64,000 nucleotides of DNA from NCBI RefSeq assembly GCF_006345805.1, contig NC_042997.1, forward strand, positions 194,742,001-194,806,000, given 5' to 3'. A program made the position numbers and the translations under genes. The stretch comes from Octopus sinensis (lineage: Eukaryota). Below the pieces are notes generated by a model that was given only the letters and a program-made list of their open reading frames with translations, was not told the DNA's origin and made no database searches. This document shows, in pieces, positions 41,482 through 52,749 of the stretch; position 1 is the first letter of the stretch; every line of letters starts with the position of its first letter.

Positions 41482-42949
41482 CCCTTTCGTTACTAACCCG
41501 GCTGTAGCCGGCCGAAAAATTTTTTGGTTCAAAGTACCAACCCAGCCATACCCGGCCGTTAGAACCCATTGTTATTTAAATGTAAATTTGAACCCAAATC
41601 TCGTTGGTACATTCGTTAAAGCATGTGATTTCACATTATAAATAGTTGAGTTATAGTATCCGACATTGCTTGAAGTGATATCTCAACTCAGGGAATTTTG
41701 GGAGATTTTTTTCCACATGTTTTACGGCATCGATATTTCTTCAACTTTGAAAATGGATAGGAGTTTCATGTTATCAAGCATTGATTCCGAATTTAAAGCT
41801 TTGTCAACGGAAAATAGGGAGATATCGAGAAAAAGAATGAAATAGGTACTAAAGCACGTGGTGTACAAAATAATATTTTTTTATCCGAAAATGAAAGCAG
41901 CGCCTTCCGAAGAAACAAAGCGGCGAAGGCGACAGCGAAGATGATTTTACATCGGAATGAAGTAAAAAAACTTTTAAAATGTTTTTATTAGCAATTTTTC
42001 TGAGGAGATAAAGTTTATCTATAGCCTTTCTTAGGAAGTGAAATCATTAGACTTTTATTTTCTTCAGTATGCTAGTTTGAAGCGATCACTTCGGAAACAA
42101 ACTTACGCAGATTGTAAACAAACCCAAAATCGGGGTTCAAAGTTTGGGAAATTTGTGAAGCAAATTACTGGGTACTGCGTGGATTTAGTTTTTATACAGG
42201 GAAACTAATGTTAGTCAGCATGGCTTAGGGTACGATGTGGTCTGGAAGTTATTGTTTGAAGCGATCAATGTGGAAACACACTTACGCAAATTGTAAATAA
42301 ACCTAAAATCGGGGTTCAAAGTTTGGGAAATTTGTGAAGCAAATACTGGGTACTGCGTGGATTTAGTTTTTATACAGGGAAAATAATGTTAGTCAGCATG
42401 GCCTAGGGAACGATATGGTCTGGAATTTATCACTTCCATTCCATAACCAGGGCCGTATATTATTTTTTGACCGATTTCTTTAGTTCGGTCAAACTTACGG
42501 TGGATTCCAATATTTCAGTTTATTCCACCTTTATGGTACACCTGTTGTGCATTAAATTCAACTGATGATCTAGTGATGTGCACAATTCTTCTTTATCATA
42601 ATTTTGTTGCATACCCATTTGAATATTAGCTGATGATTCATTTTCTATAGTGATGTTTAAACAAAATTTTAATTTTTTACCTTTTGCTCAATTTAAAATT
42701 TTAATATTTTTACCTTTTGCTCAATTTACCTGGATTTACCTGTAATTAAAGTCACTTTGAGACAAAAGTTATGCAACAGAATTGATTAAGAACCCTTCCT
42801 TTAATTATGTTCCAAATATCACATTAAAATGTTGATAAGTAAAAAAGTTACAGTTATTTAATGAAACAAGCCTAAATTCATGATTATTTTAGAATTTAAT
42901 TGAAACACATGAGGGGTGTATTTTGGTCAGAAATATAGTAACGAAAGGG
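41482..42949. mobile_element. piggyBac-like non-autonomous element, 1.47 kb
   Basis: Perfect 14-bp TIR CCCTTTCGTTACTA, TTAA at 41478-41481 and 42950-42953. No long ORF inside. Confidence 0.85.
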
Positions 42950-43042
42950 TTAAATACACACAGACACACACAAACACTTGTATATGTACCTCACTTAAAA
43001 ATTAAGAATACCCTAGGGATCCAATAAGAAGAAATAACATAC

Positions 43043-43102
43043 CTGAGAAGGACGGGTGATAAATGCACTGATACTGGTCTGCTTCACAGCTGAGACACAC
43101 TC
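43043..43102 (-). CDS. RhoGEF exon, DH domain (CR3 start)
   Basis: Acceptor ttttttctAG, donor CAG|gtatgt, 60 nt, phase 0-0. ECVSAVKQTSISAFITRPSQ corresponds to the L.SFLI.PVQ motif. This frame is not in the ORF track. Confidence 0.88.
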
Positions 43103-43186
43103 CTAGAAAAAAGAAAAAATTAAAATAATAACAACAACAATAATAATAATAACAATCCTTTCTACTAAAGGATAATGATGGTGGTT

Positions 43187-43287
43187 GTAATAGTAGTAGT
43201 AGTAGTGGTGGTGGTGGTGGTGGTGGTGGTAGTGGTAGTGGTAGTGGTAGTGGTAGTGGTAGTAGTAGTAGTAGTAGTAGTAGTAGT
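43187..43287. repeat. Compound (TAG)n(TGG)n microsatellite
   Basis: Directly visible. Confidence 0.95.
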
Positions 43288-43289
43288 AA

Positions 43290-43600
43290 AAATAAAAGAA
43301 ATGGAGAAACTTTCAAAATACAAAGACCTGGAAATAGAGGTAACTCGAATGTGGAGTCTAAAAACAGAAACGATTCCTATAATAGTAGGCACATTAGGTA
43401 TGATAAAATATTCAGACAAAAGCATAAAAACACTATGACCAACAAATATATATAACATATACAAAATAGCACTACTAGGCACTGCACACATCCTACATAA
43501 AACACTCTCAATACAGTAACAACAAGAGCATCACAGCACATACTCAAGATACACAGAGCTGTGTTCAGTAGTGCAGTGAAAGCGCATGATAAAAATAAGA
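43290..43600 (+). mobile_element. R4/Dong-like non-LTR element 3' fragment (restriction-like endonuclease)
   Basis: EMEKLSKYKDLEIEVTRMWSLKTETIPIIVGTLG. Sits between (TAG/TGG)n and (TAA)n. Confidence 0.75.
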
Positions 43601-43611
43601 CTACGGAATGT

Positions 43612-43659
<48 letters not shown>

Positions 43660-43929
43660 TAATAATCATCATCGTTTAGCGTCCGCTTTCCATGCTAGCA
43701 TGGGTTGGACGGTTCAACTGGGGCCTGGGAAGCCAGAAGGCTGTACCAGGCCCAGTCTGATCTGGCAATGTTTCTACGGCTGGATGCCCTTCCTAACGCC
43801 AACCACTCCGTGAGTGTAGTGGGTGCTTTTTACGTGCCACCGGCACAGGTGCCAGACGAGGCTGGCAAACGGCCACGATCGGATGGTGCTTTTTACGTGC
43901 CACTAGCACGGGGGCCAGGCGAGGCTTAT

Positions 43930-44800
43930 AATAAGAATAATATACCAATACTATGGAATATCAACAGAAAAAAGATGGTATACACACATGCCAGAAAAGG
44001 TCACAGAAAACTAGAAAGCAACCATACTCAGGGATATGCCAATACACACAGATAGAGAAATTAAGGCCAATAGGCTGGATATAGTTGTCAGAGAGATCAT
44101 CAAGAAAAAAAAATGCTTTCTAATTATGTATAAATACCAGCAGATGATAACATCATCATTTAACGTCCGTTCTCCATGCTAGCATGGGTTGGACGGTTCG
44201 ATCAGGGATCTGGGAAGCCAGAAGGCTGCACCAGGCTCCAGTCTTATCTGGCAATGTTTCTACAGCTGGATGCCCTTCCTAACGCCAACCACTCCGTGAG
44301 TGTAGTGGGTGCTTTTTACATGCCACCTGCACAGGTGCCAGGCGAGGCTGGCAACGGTCACGGTCGGATTGGTGTATTTTACGTGCCACCGGCACGGAAG
44401 CCAGTCGAAACGGCGCTGGCAACGGCCACGAGTCAGATAGTGCTTTTTACGACTCGTGGCCGATGCCAGCAACGTTTCTCTAAAAGAAATGGATAAACTT
44501 TCAAAATACAAAAACCTGGAAATAGAGGTAACTCGAATGTGGAGTCTAAAAACAGAAACGATTCCTATAATAGTAGGCACATTAGGTATGAAAAAATATT
44601 CAGACAAAAGCATAAAAACACTATGACCAACAAATATATATAACATATACAAAATAGCACTACTAGGCACTGCACACATCCTACATAAAACACTCTCAAT
44701 ACAGTAACAATAAGAGCATCACAACAAACCACAGCATGTACCCAAGGTACACAGAGCCATGCTCGGTAGTGCAGTGAAAGCACGTGATAAAAATATGACT
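43930..44800 (+). mobile_element. R4/Dong-like non-LTR element 3' fragment, interrupted by a family B SINE (44152-44470)
   Basis: ANRLDIVVR...KKCFLI...IPADDN | VSLKEMDKLSKYKNLE, a degenerate PD-(D/E)xK region. The C-terminal part duplicates 43290-43600. Confidence 0.7.
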
Positions 44801-45293
44801 ATAGAATGATGACGATGATGATGATGATGATGATGATGATGGTGAATAATAACAACAACAACAACAGCAGCAGCAGCAGTCAGAATCATCAGGAAAATAT
44901 TAAATACTTGAAAAGAACAGACAGTATGGTACCAAAGGTTGCAGGTACAAGCTCACTTTGCATGCAAGACAGTAGGAGTTCCAACAAAACCAGAGTTTGA
45001 AGGTGAAGAAAATGGGAGGAAGAGAAGACAAAGACAAAGACAGAAAAGGAGGAGGAGGGGGAGAACTGTTTAAAATTCACTCACAAGGCATTAGTCATCC
45101 AGGGTGGTGGGGCTATAGCAGAAAACAAATGCCTGAGGTACCAACCACATGGTGGAATCGAACCTGAAACTATGTAGTAGCAAAGTGAGCCTCTTAACTC
45201 CACAGCCATGCCTGCGCCTACATGTATCTGTATAGGCATGCATGTTGCACAAATACGTACGTGCGTGCATGTCTTATGCACATTTAAACTTAC

Positions 45294-45401
45294 CTTGAGG
45301 AACATTTTGAAGTTTGCATTATTCTGAAGGTCTTTCAGGACAGTGTTGGCTTGACCGAGGCCCTGTGCATAAACCTTGTATGCTTGATAGATCATCTGAA
45401 G
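45294..45401 (-). CDS. RhoGEF exon, DH domain (CR2)
   Basis: Acceptor atttctAG (an alternative in-frame AG lies 6 nt downstream), donor AAG|gtaagt, 108 nt. LQMIYQAYKVYAQGLGQANTVLKDLQNNANFKMFLK matches the DH Y..Y..N...A...L......F..FL pattern. Confidence 0.9.
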
Positions 45402-47189
45402 CTAGAAATTAAATAACAAAAACATTTCATATAACAATAATATATCTTTTTTATAAAATAATTAACAGCAACAGAAGCAGTATGACTACCAGGAGGTAAA
45501 TTGTATTCTCCAACTTAACATGAACATTATGTTAAAACACAGAGAAACTACATTATTTACCTTGAGGAGGACTTCTCATATAAACTTGTAATGCAGTGAC
45601 TATCCCTCTATCATATGTTAACCTCTCCACACTTTCCTCTCTTTTATGACTGCACTCAGTCAAGGGAGCTTTCCCTTTGTCTTTGGAGTTACTTGGCAAC
45701 CTCACTGGTGCTAGCATGGGGGGCTGGGGTGGAGATCCCACCCAGTTTGTCTGTAAAGTGGTTAGCATTAATAAGTAGAGTGAAAGGCAACAAGCTGGCA
45801 GAATCGCTAGCACACTGGGTGAAATACTTAGCAGTATTTTGTCTGCCGTTATGTTCTGAGTTCAAATTCCACTATGATCAACTTTACCTTTCATCCTTTC
45901 AGGGTAGATAAATCAAGTACCAGTTGAGTACTGGGGGGTCGATGTAATCGACTATCCCCCTCCCCAAAATTTCAGGCCTTGTGCCTATAGTAGAAAGGAT
46001 TAATAAGTAGAGTGAAATTTATTGAAGCTTTTTTGAGGTTGCTTGATCAGCTACAAACAGCAACAAAACCCTCTTCATATCAGACACCCTACTATATCAA
46101 GAAAGGGGCACATTGGATAATATATCTTTTATTTTTTTATCTTTTACTTGTTTCAGTCGTTAGACTGTGGCCATGCTGGGGCACCGCCTTGAAAAATTTT
46201 TAGTTGGATGAATTGACCCCAGTACGTACTTTATTTTTAAAAGCCTGGTTCTTATCCTATCAGTCACTTTTGTCAAACTACTAAGTTATGGGGACTTAGT
46301 AAATCAAACTAAGAGTACATTATTCCAATCAAACCTCTTTCTTCCTTTTGATGATAGCTGGAAGAGCATGAATTGAGGGAGACTGGACTATTATTTCCAG
46401 TAAGTTTGCATAGAGATTCTCTTGTTTATTGTGCCTGATTTGAAGTTTGTTTGTTTGTCGATGTGTACCCTTACCCTAATGCTATAAGCATTTTATACTT
46501 AACACAGAGACCAAGACAGTAGTTGTGCCATGGTGGGAGCCACAGTGTTGGTATTAGTATGGATGTAATAGATAAGGTATTAGCATAGATGTAATGGATA
46601 AGATGCAATAATGCATCTAGTTAGGTGCCTTGTATAACTGAGTTTAAACCACGAGTTTCTCTTTCCCATATCTCTTTGGTATCAGTGATGTCAAGTACCA
46701 GTAATACTCACTGGTTTCACATGAGCCTATGAGAGAACTTCTATGTAGTCACTTCATCTCAGAGGAATAGCATTAAAACCTTCCTCAAGTCACAGCCTTC
46801 ATTCTTTAAATAAAGAACAAGATGGGCTTGGTTGGAAGGTCAGATCACAGAGCTATTCAAACAGGGCTGACCTTAAGCAACAACTGGTCGTTAAGCAGCG
46901 GTGGGGGACCAACACAGAGACACACGTGCGCGACAGGCTTTCTTCAGGTTTTGTCAACCAAATCCACTCACAAGGCTTTTGTTGGCTTGAGGCAATTGTA
47001 GATGATGCCCAAGTTGCCACATAGTGGAACCTTGGGCAAACGTGTCTGAAAAAATGGGATGGCCATAGTTGGAACATCTTTAACAGTAAGCCTGTTTGTT
47101 CAGAACTTATATGTGGTTGTACAACAACATAGAATCAACAATGGCTACAACATAAAAATACAACAACAATATCAAAGTATTGTGGAAGA

Positions 47190-47567
47190 CCTCCGTCAGT
47201 TAGGATGATGAGGGTTCCGGTTGATCCAAGTCAACGGAACAGCCTGCTCGTGAAATTAACGTGTGAGTGGCTGAGCACTCCACAGACACTTGTACCCTTA
47301 ACGTAGTTCTCGGGGATATTCAGCGTGACACAGAGAGTGACAAGGCCGGCCCTTTGAAACACAGGTACAACAGAAACAGGAAGTAAGAGTGAGAGAAAGT
47401 TGTGGTGAAAGAGTACAGCAGGGATCACCACCATCCCTGCTGGAGCCTCGTGGAGCTTTAGGTGTTTTCGCTCAATAAACACTCACAACGCCTGGTCTGG
47501 GAATCGAAACCGCGATCCTACAACCGCGAGTCCGCTGCCCTAACCACTGGGCCATTGCGCCTCCACA
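47190..47567 (-). mobile_element. SINE family D (tRNA head GGAGGCGCAATGGCCCAGTGG), long form
   Basis: Nearly the same sequence as 50272-50648(-). Short-tail forms lie at 5192-5428, 12785-13075, 19136-19400, 29010-29250 and 48775-49078. Confidence 0.8.
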
Positions 47568-48121
47568 TCAAAGTATTAAGAACAACAGCAACACCACCAC
47601 CACCATCAGCAACAGCAGCAGCCATCCAAGAATTTGGACCTGGAGATCTCCATGTCCAGCGACTTCGAGGGCCACCTCCCAGTGGTGTCAGACGTCAACG
47701 AAGAGCCCTCGACTACAACAAGACAACCAAAGTTTCTTTTTCCCCAAAGGTCTGGGGTCTCCTGCCCCTAAGCCCTACACCATCACTCTTACCAGTCTTG
47801 TTGCTTAACAACAACAACAGCAGCAACAACATCCCCAACAACACCTATTTTTTTTACTACCCACAAGGGGCTAAACACAGAGAGGACAAACAAGGACAGA
47901 CAAAGGGATCAAGTCGATTATATCTACCCCAGTGCGTAACTGGTACTTATTTAATCGACCCCAAAAGGATGAAAAGCAAAGTCGACCTCGGCGGAATTTG
48001 AACTCAGAATGTAGCGGCAGACGAAATACTGCTAGGCATTTCGCCCGGCGTGCTAACGACTCTGCCAGCTCGCCGCCAACAACACCATTCCCACCATCAA
48101 CATCAATGACAACATTCTTAC

Positions 48122-48256
48122 CTTAGATTTATAAATGAGACCAATATTGTGTATGATGTTAGAATCAGTCTCTGATGTATCGTCTGTTTCTGTGGAACTA
48201 CAAGATGGTGCGTTGTATTGAAGCTGTTTCAGAAGATATTCTGACAATGTCACCAA
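48122..48256 (-). CDS. RhoGEF exon, DH domain
   Basis: Acceptor gactttcAG, donor AAG|gtaaga, 135 nt, phase 0-0. LVTLSEYLLKQLQYNAPSCSSTETDDTSETDSNIIHNIGLIYKSK. Confidence 0.9.
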
Positions 48257-48299
48257 CTGAAAGTCAATCAATAAATTAGAAAGTTTATTAACCACTTAA

Positions 48300-48521
48300 C
48301 CCTTTCATTACTATATTTATTTTAAGATGCTCTGTGTTTTTTTCAATTACTTCAAATATAACAAAAGAATTTAGTAAAATAACTTAGTTATCATTAAGCT
48401 AGTGTTAGGAACATTAATTATGACTAAGCTTTGGTGGAAGATTTTAATTCAAAACTTATGAAAATAAGACATTTGTATTACAGATCCAGAGCCGGTTTCA
48501 GCTGTGTTAGTAACAAAAGGG
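48300..48521. mobile_element. piggyBac-like MITE
   Basis: TTAA|CCCTTTCATTACTA ... TAGTAACAAAAGGG|TTAA. Confidence 0.8.
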
Positions 48522-50271
48522 TTAATATATTATCCCGTATATTTTCATTCAGAGATGTCTAATAAATATATATTTGAATGAAAATATATGCTCACTGTAC
48601 TTGTCAATTATTTCTACCCTGAAATACTTTGTCCATGATGTTCCATTTCCTATCGTTAACGATCAGTAATTTCATAATAAATCATAAACTAATCCAAAAT
48701 AATTTGTGTACTTATTCTTCTTTACAGACATGATTCAAAATAAATTTTATTAAAATTGTTTTGTTTTTTATTTATGCGCCCTTTTCAAGCCTAGCCAGGC
48801 TCATGGGCCCAGTTTCCTGGTTTCTGTGGCGTATGTGTTCCCCCCAGCTGAACGGGACGCCAGTCCATTGCAGTGTTACTCAAGAAACAGGAAAAAAGAG
48901 TGAGAGAAAGTTGGGGCAAAAGATTACAACAGGGGTCGCCATCACCCCCTGTTGAAACCTCGTGGGGCTTTTAGGTGTTTTTGCTCAATAACACACACAA
49001 TGCCCAGTCTGGGAATCGAAACCGCAATCCTCCGACCGCGAGTCCTCTGCCCTAACCACTGGGCCATTGTGCCTCCACATTCAAAATAAATAATAAAGAA
49101 ATATGTTTTTTGCATAGAAATTGAAAAATGTGAATGTTAAGAGGTTAACAATAAATAACCTATTCCACACATCCCAATCCTTATAATGAATAACACTTCG
49201 TATTTAATAAAGTAGGATGCAGACTAAAGAAAGTTTATGATTGTATGGTACTTTTGGAACCAAATTAGCTTTAAATTCCAATATTAACGAACAGGTGAAG
49301 GCAGTGAGCTGGCAGAATTATTATTTAGCAAACTTATACAATATATCAAGATCAAGGATTTGATTAAATAGTGAATAGTGTTCCATATGAACTACTGTTC
49401 AAATTGTTGTCAATAAATACAGAATGACTTCAAACTGTATTCAGATCAAATTTAGCCTTCAGCCTTCTGGATTGATAAAGTAAAAGTACAGTAAAGTACA
49501 GTCAGATGTCATTCATGAGCAAGTATGACTTGGGTAACACGTACCACGGTTTTGTTAATTGTTTTAGATGCCTATGTAGCCGGTAGCACGTAGAAAGCAC
49601 CATCCGTTCGTGGCCGTTGCCAGCGCCGCCCTGACTGGCCTCCATGCCGGTGGCACGTAAAAGCACCATCCGTTCGTGTCCGTTGCCAGCCTCGCCTGGC
49701 CCCCGTGCCGGTGGCACATAAAAGCACCATCCGTTCGTCAGCTCCGTCTGGTTCCTGGCACGTAAAAAGCACCCACTACACTCGCGGAGTGGTTGGCGTT
49801 AGGAAGGGCATCCAGTCGTAGAAACACTGCCAGATCAGACTGGGCCTGATGAAGCCTTCCAGCTTCACAGACCCCAGTTGAACCGTCCAACCCATGCTAG
49901 CATGGAAAGCGGACGCTAAATGATGATGATAATGATGATGATGTAGCCACATGTAGACAAAGATAGGCTCTTGGCCCCTTCATTCTTCACCTAACAGAAT
50001 ATTTAGGATATGACAGATAGAGAAAGAGAGAAGGACTGCACTAGCATTCAGTGGTATTTATTACAGCAGAGGAAACTGGAGTATCATGAAATGAAGTGCT
50101 TTGCTCACAGATACAAGGTGCCACCCAACCTGGGGATTGAACCTAAAATCTTGTGATTTGAGCTGAACACCCCAATGACTAGACCAAGTACCTCCACATC
50201 AGTCAATTACTGGGTAGACTTAATTATATATACTCCAACCCCAAAATTTGTGGTCTTGTATATAGGAAGCA

Positions 50272-50648
50272 CTCCGTCAGTTACGACAACCAGGGTTCCG
50301 GTTGATCCGAATCAATGGAACAGCCTGCTCGTGAAATTAACGTGTAAGTGGCTGAGCACTCCACAAACACGTGTACCCTTAACGTAGTTCTCGGGGATAT
50401 TCAGCGTGACACAGAGTGACAAGGCCGGCCCTTTGAAATACAGGTACAACAGAAACAGGAAGTAAGAGTGAGAGAAAGTTGTGGTGAAAGAGTACAGCAG
50501 GGATCACCACCATCCCCTGCTGGAGCCTCGTGGAGCTTTAAGTGTTTTCGCTCAATAAACACTCACAACGCCCGGTCTGGGAATCGAAACCGCGATCCTA
50601 TGACCGCGAGTCCGCTGCCCTAACCACTGGGCCATTGCGCCTCCACAC
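50272..50648 (-). mobile_element. SINE family D, long form
   Basis: Second near-identical copy of 47190-47567. Confidence 0.8.
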
Positions 50649-50710
50649 TGGGCCATTGTGGTCTTGTAGCAATGTTAGAAATTAATAAATATAGAATGTA
50701 AAGCACTGAC

Positions 50711-50884
50711 CTTTTCAATATTCTGGAAGAGTTCTGTGTGTTGTTTTTGACTAAGAATACAATGCCGTAATGGACGAGAGTATTGCTCGATACCTCCATG
50801 CATAAAATCGATATATTCTCGTTCCAAATCAACCAGTTGTTGGATTGCTGCTGCCCTACTTTCTGACGTATCTGGCTTTGATAA
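50711..50884 (-). CDS. RhoGEF exon, DH domain start (CR1)
   Basis: Acceptor ttgcAG, donor AAG|gtcagt, 174 nt, phase 0-0. LSKPDTSESRAAAIQQLVDLEREYIDFMHGGIEQYSRPLRHCILSQKQHTELFQNIEK matches the DH R...I.EL..TE..Y...LF.NIE pattern. Confidence 0.93.
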
Positions 50885-51251
50885 CTGCAACACACACACA
50901 CATACATGGAAATATAACATCATGGTATATACTTCAACATATACAGATACATCATCAGCTTACATCCCCCCCGCTTACTTTGTATCCTTACCCTCACCTC
51001 CCTCCATGATTCTCATCTCTTCCTCTCTTATAGCTTCCCCCACCTATCTCATACATTACACATTCTATCCTCATTTATCACAAAAATACAGTGATAAATG
51101 AATCATATCCATGTACTTTCTAAATGGAACAAGTGATTCATTGACACCAAACTCATGGCAGCAAAGCTTCCACCAACATGTATTCTCTTGACCATGCCTG
51201 CCTTTTCCTGAAGAGCAATGGTTCTCGACGGGGGTCCACATAAGATTTTAC

Positions 51252-51528
51252 AGTTGTATATTTAAGAGATGAGGAATTATGTACATTATTTACATTCGAC
51301 AGATATTTGTCCTCATCTTGTTTGTTGTTAACACAATGTTTCGGCTGATATACCCTCCAGCCTTCTTCAGGTGTCTTCGGGAATTTTCGAACCTGGGTTC
51401 TCATTCCTAAGGTATTTTTCAATGTTATCATTATTATTATTATTGCTATTGTTCAGGTCACTGCTTGGAATTGAACACGGAATCTTGGGATTATTAGCCT
51501 GCGCTCTTAACCACTACGTCATATGCCC
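51252..51528 (-). mobile_element. tRNA-headed SINE-like element with a Penelope-type hammerhead tail
   Basis: Head GGGCATATGACGTAGTGG...GTTCAATTCC (A box 51521-51511, B box 51476-51468), then a (TAA)n spacer, then the hammerhead core and an AT-rich tail. Confidence 0.7.
51330..51375 (-). ncRNA. Minimal dimer-type hammerhead ribozyme relic
   Basis: Minus strand reads GACAC-CTGAAGA-A-GGCTG(loop)CAGCC-GAAAC-ATT-GTGTT. Stems I and II pair fully. Helix III is reduced to ACAT, one transition away from the palindrome ACGT. Confidence 0.7.
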
Positions 51529-52394
51529 ATGGGCAATTACGGAGTGAATTTTAGGGCTTATAAATCTAATATTTTTCTATCCTTCCTTAATACCGGTTCC
51601 CATATGCTGCTCATATCTGCATTCGGTCTGCATATGAGCAGCATATGGAGACTGGGATTAAGGAAGGACAGAAAAATATTAGCCCATTCAAAGTACTTTG
51701 GATCGCAGGATACCCTGCTGTGCTTACCTTGGATTGTAGGGTGACCTGCTGTGCTTGAGGAGACCTATTGAGTCAAGTACATCAACATCAAAATAAAAAT
51801 CAAATAGAAATTGTAGTTGTGATACCTGTGCCAGTGGCACATAAAAAGCAACATCCAAACGTGGCCAACGCCAACACTGCCTTGACTGGCTTCTGTGCTG
51901 GTGGCACGTAAAAAGCACCAACCAATCGTGGTCGTTGACAGCCTACTCTGGCCCCTGTGCCGGTGGCATGTAAAAAGCACCCACAAAACTCATGGAGTGG
52001 TTGGCATTAGGAAGGGCATCCAGCTGTAGAAACACTGCCAGATCAGACTGGAACAGCCTCTTGGCTTCCCAGACCCCGGTTGAACCATCCAACCCATGCT
52101 AGCATGGAAAACGGATGTTAAATGATGATGATGATGATGTGTCCTTACCATAATTCTCAGACAGAATCAATGTGACGCTGTGTGATAAGGCTGTATATTT
52201 GAAATGCAGGTAGAACCCATCCAACAAGATTCTATACAATGCCTTGTCAGTGAAATTTGGTAGACAAAAACTGCACATAAGTTAATCATGCGTTTGTGTG
52301 TATACATGTTTTACATCTTGATACTTAAGAGTTTGACAAATAGGGATTGATAAAATCAGTACCAGATTTAAAATAAGTACAGAGATCATATAAT

Positions 52395-52749
52395 CTTTTC
52401 TACTCTAGGCTCAAGGTCCAAAATTTTTTTTAGGGTGGGGGGGATTAGATTGAACCCTTTACGCACTTAATTTATCAACCCCGAAGGATGAAAGGCAAAG
52501 TTGACTGCGGTGGAATTTGAACTCAGAACATAAAGACAGATGAAATATCTATTTCTTTACTACCCACAAGAGGCTAAACACAGAGGGGACAAACAAGGAC
52601 AGACAAACGGATTAAGTCGATTATATCGACCCCGAAAGGATGAAAAGCAAAGTCGACCTCGGCGGAATTTGAACTCAGAACGTAGTGGCAGATGAAATAA
52701 CGCTAAGCATTTTGCCCGACATGCTAATGTTTCTGCCAGCTCGCCACCT
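52395..52749 (-). mobile_element. SINE family C dimer
   Basis: 17-bp TSD TACAGAGATCATATAAT at 52378-52394 and 52750-52766. Confidence 0.8.

Noticed and set aside
41438-41569. In-frame extension GLSTFILQ resembling DH CR3
   Set aside because: It is the polypyrimidine tract plus the piggyBac end. The true CR3 comes from the 60-nt exon at 43043-43102.
45553-45813. Minus ORF ending SPPQG with a donor-like gtaaat
   Set aside because: Exons 48122-48256 and 45294-45401 already join in frame with a complete DH, and the ORF overlaps repeat sequence.
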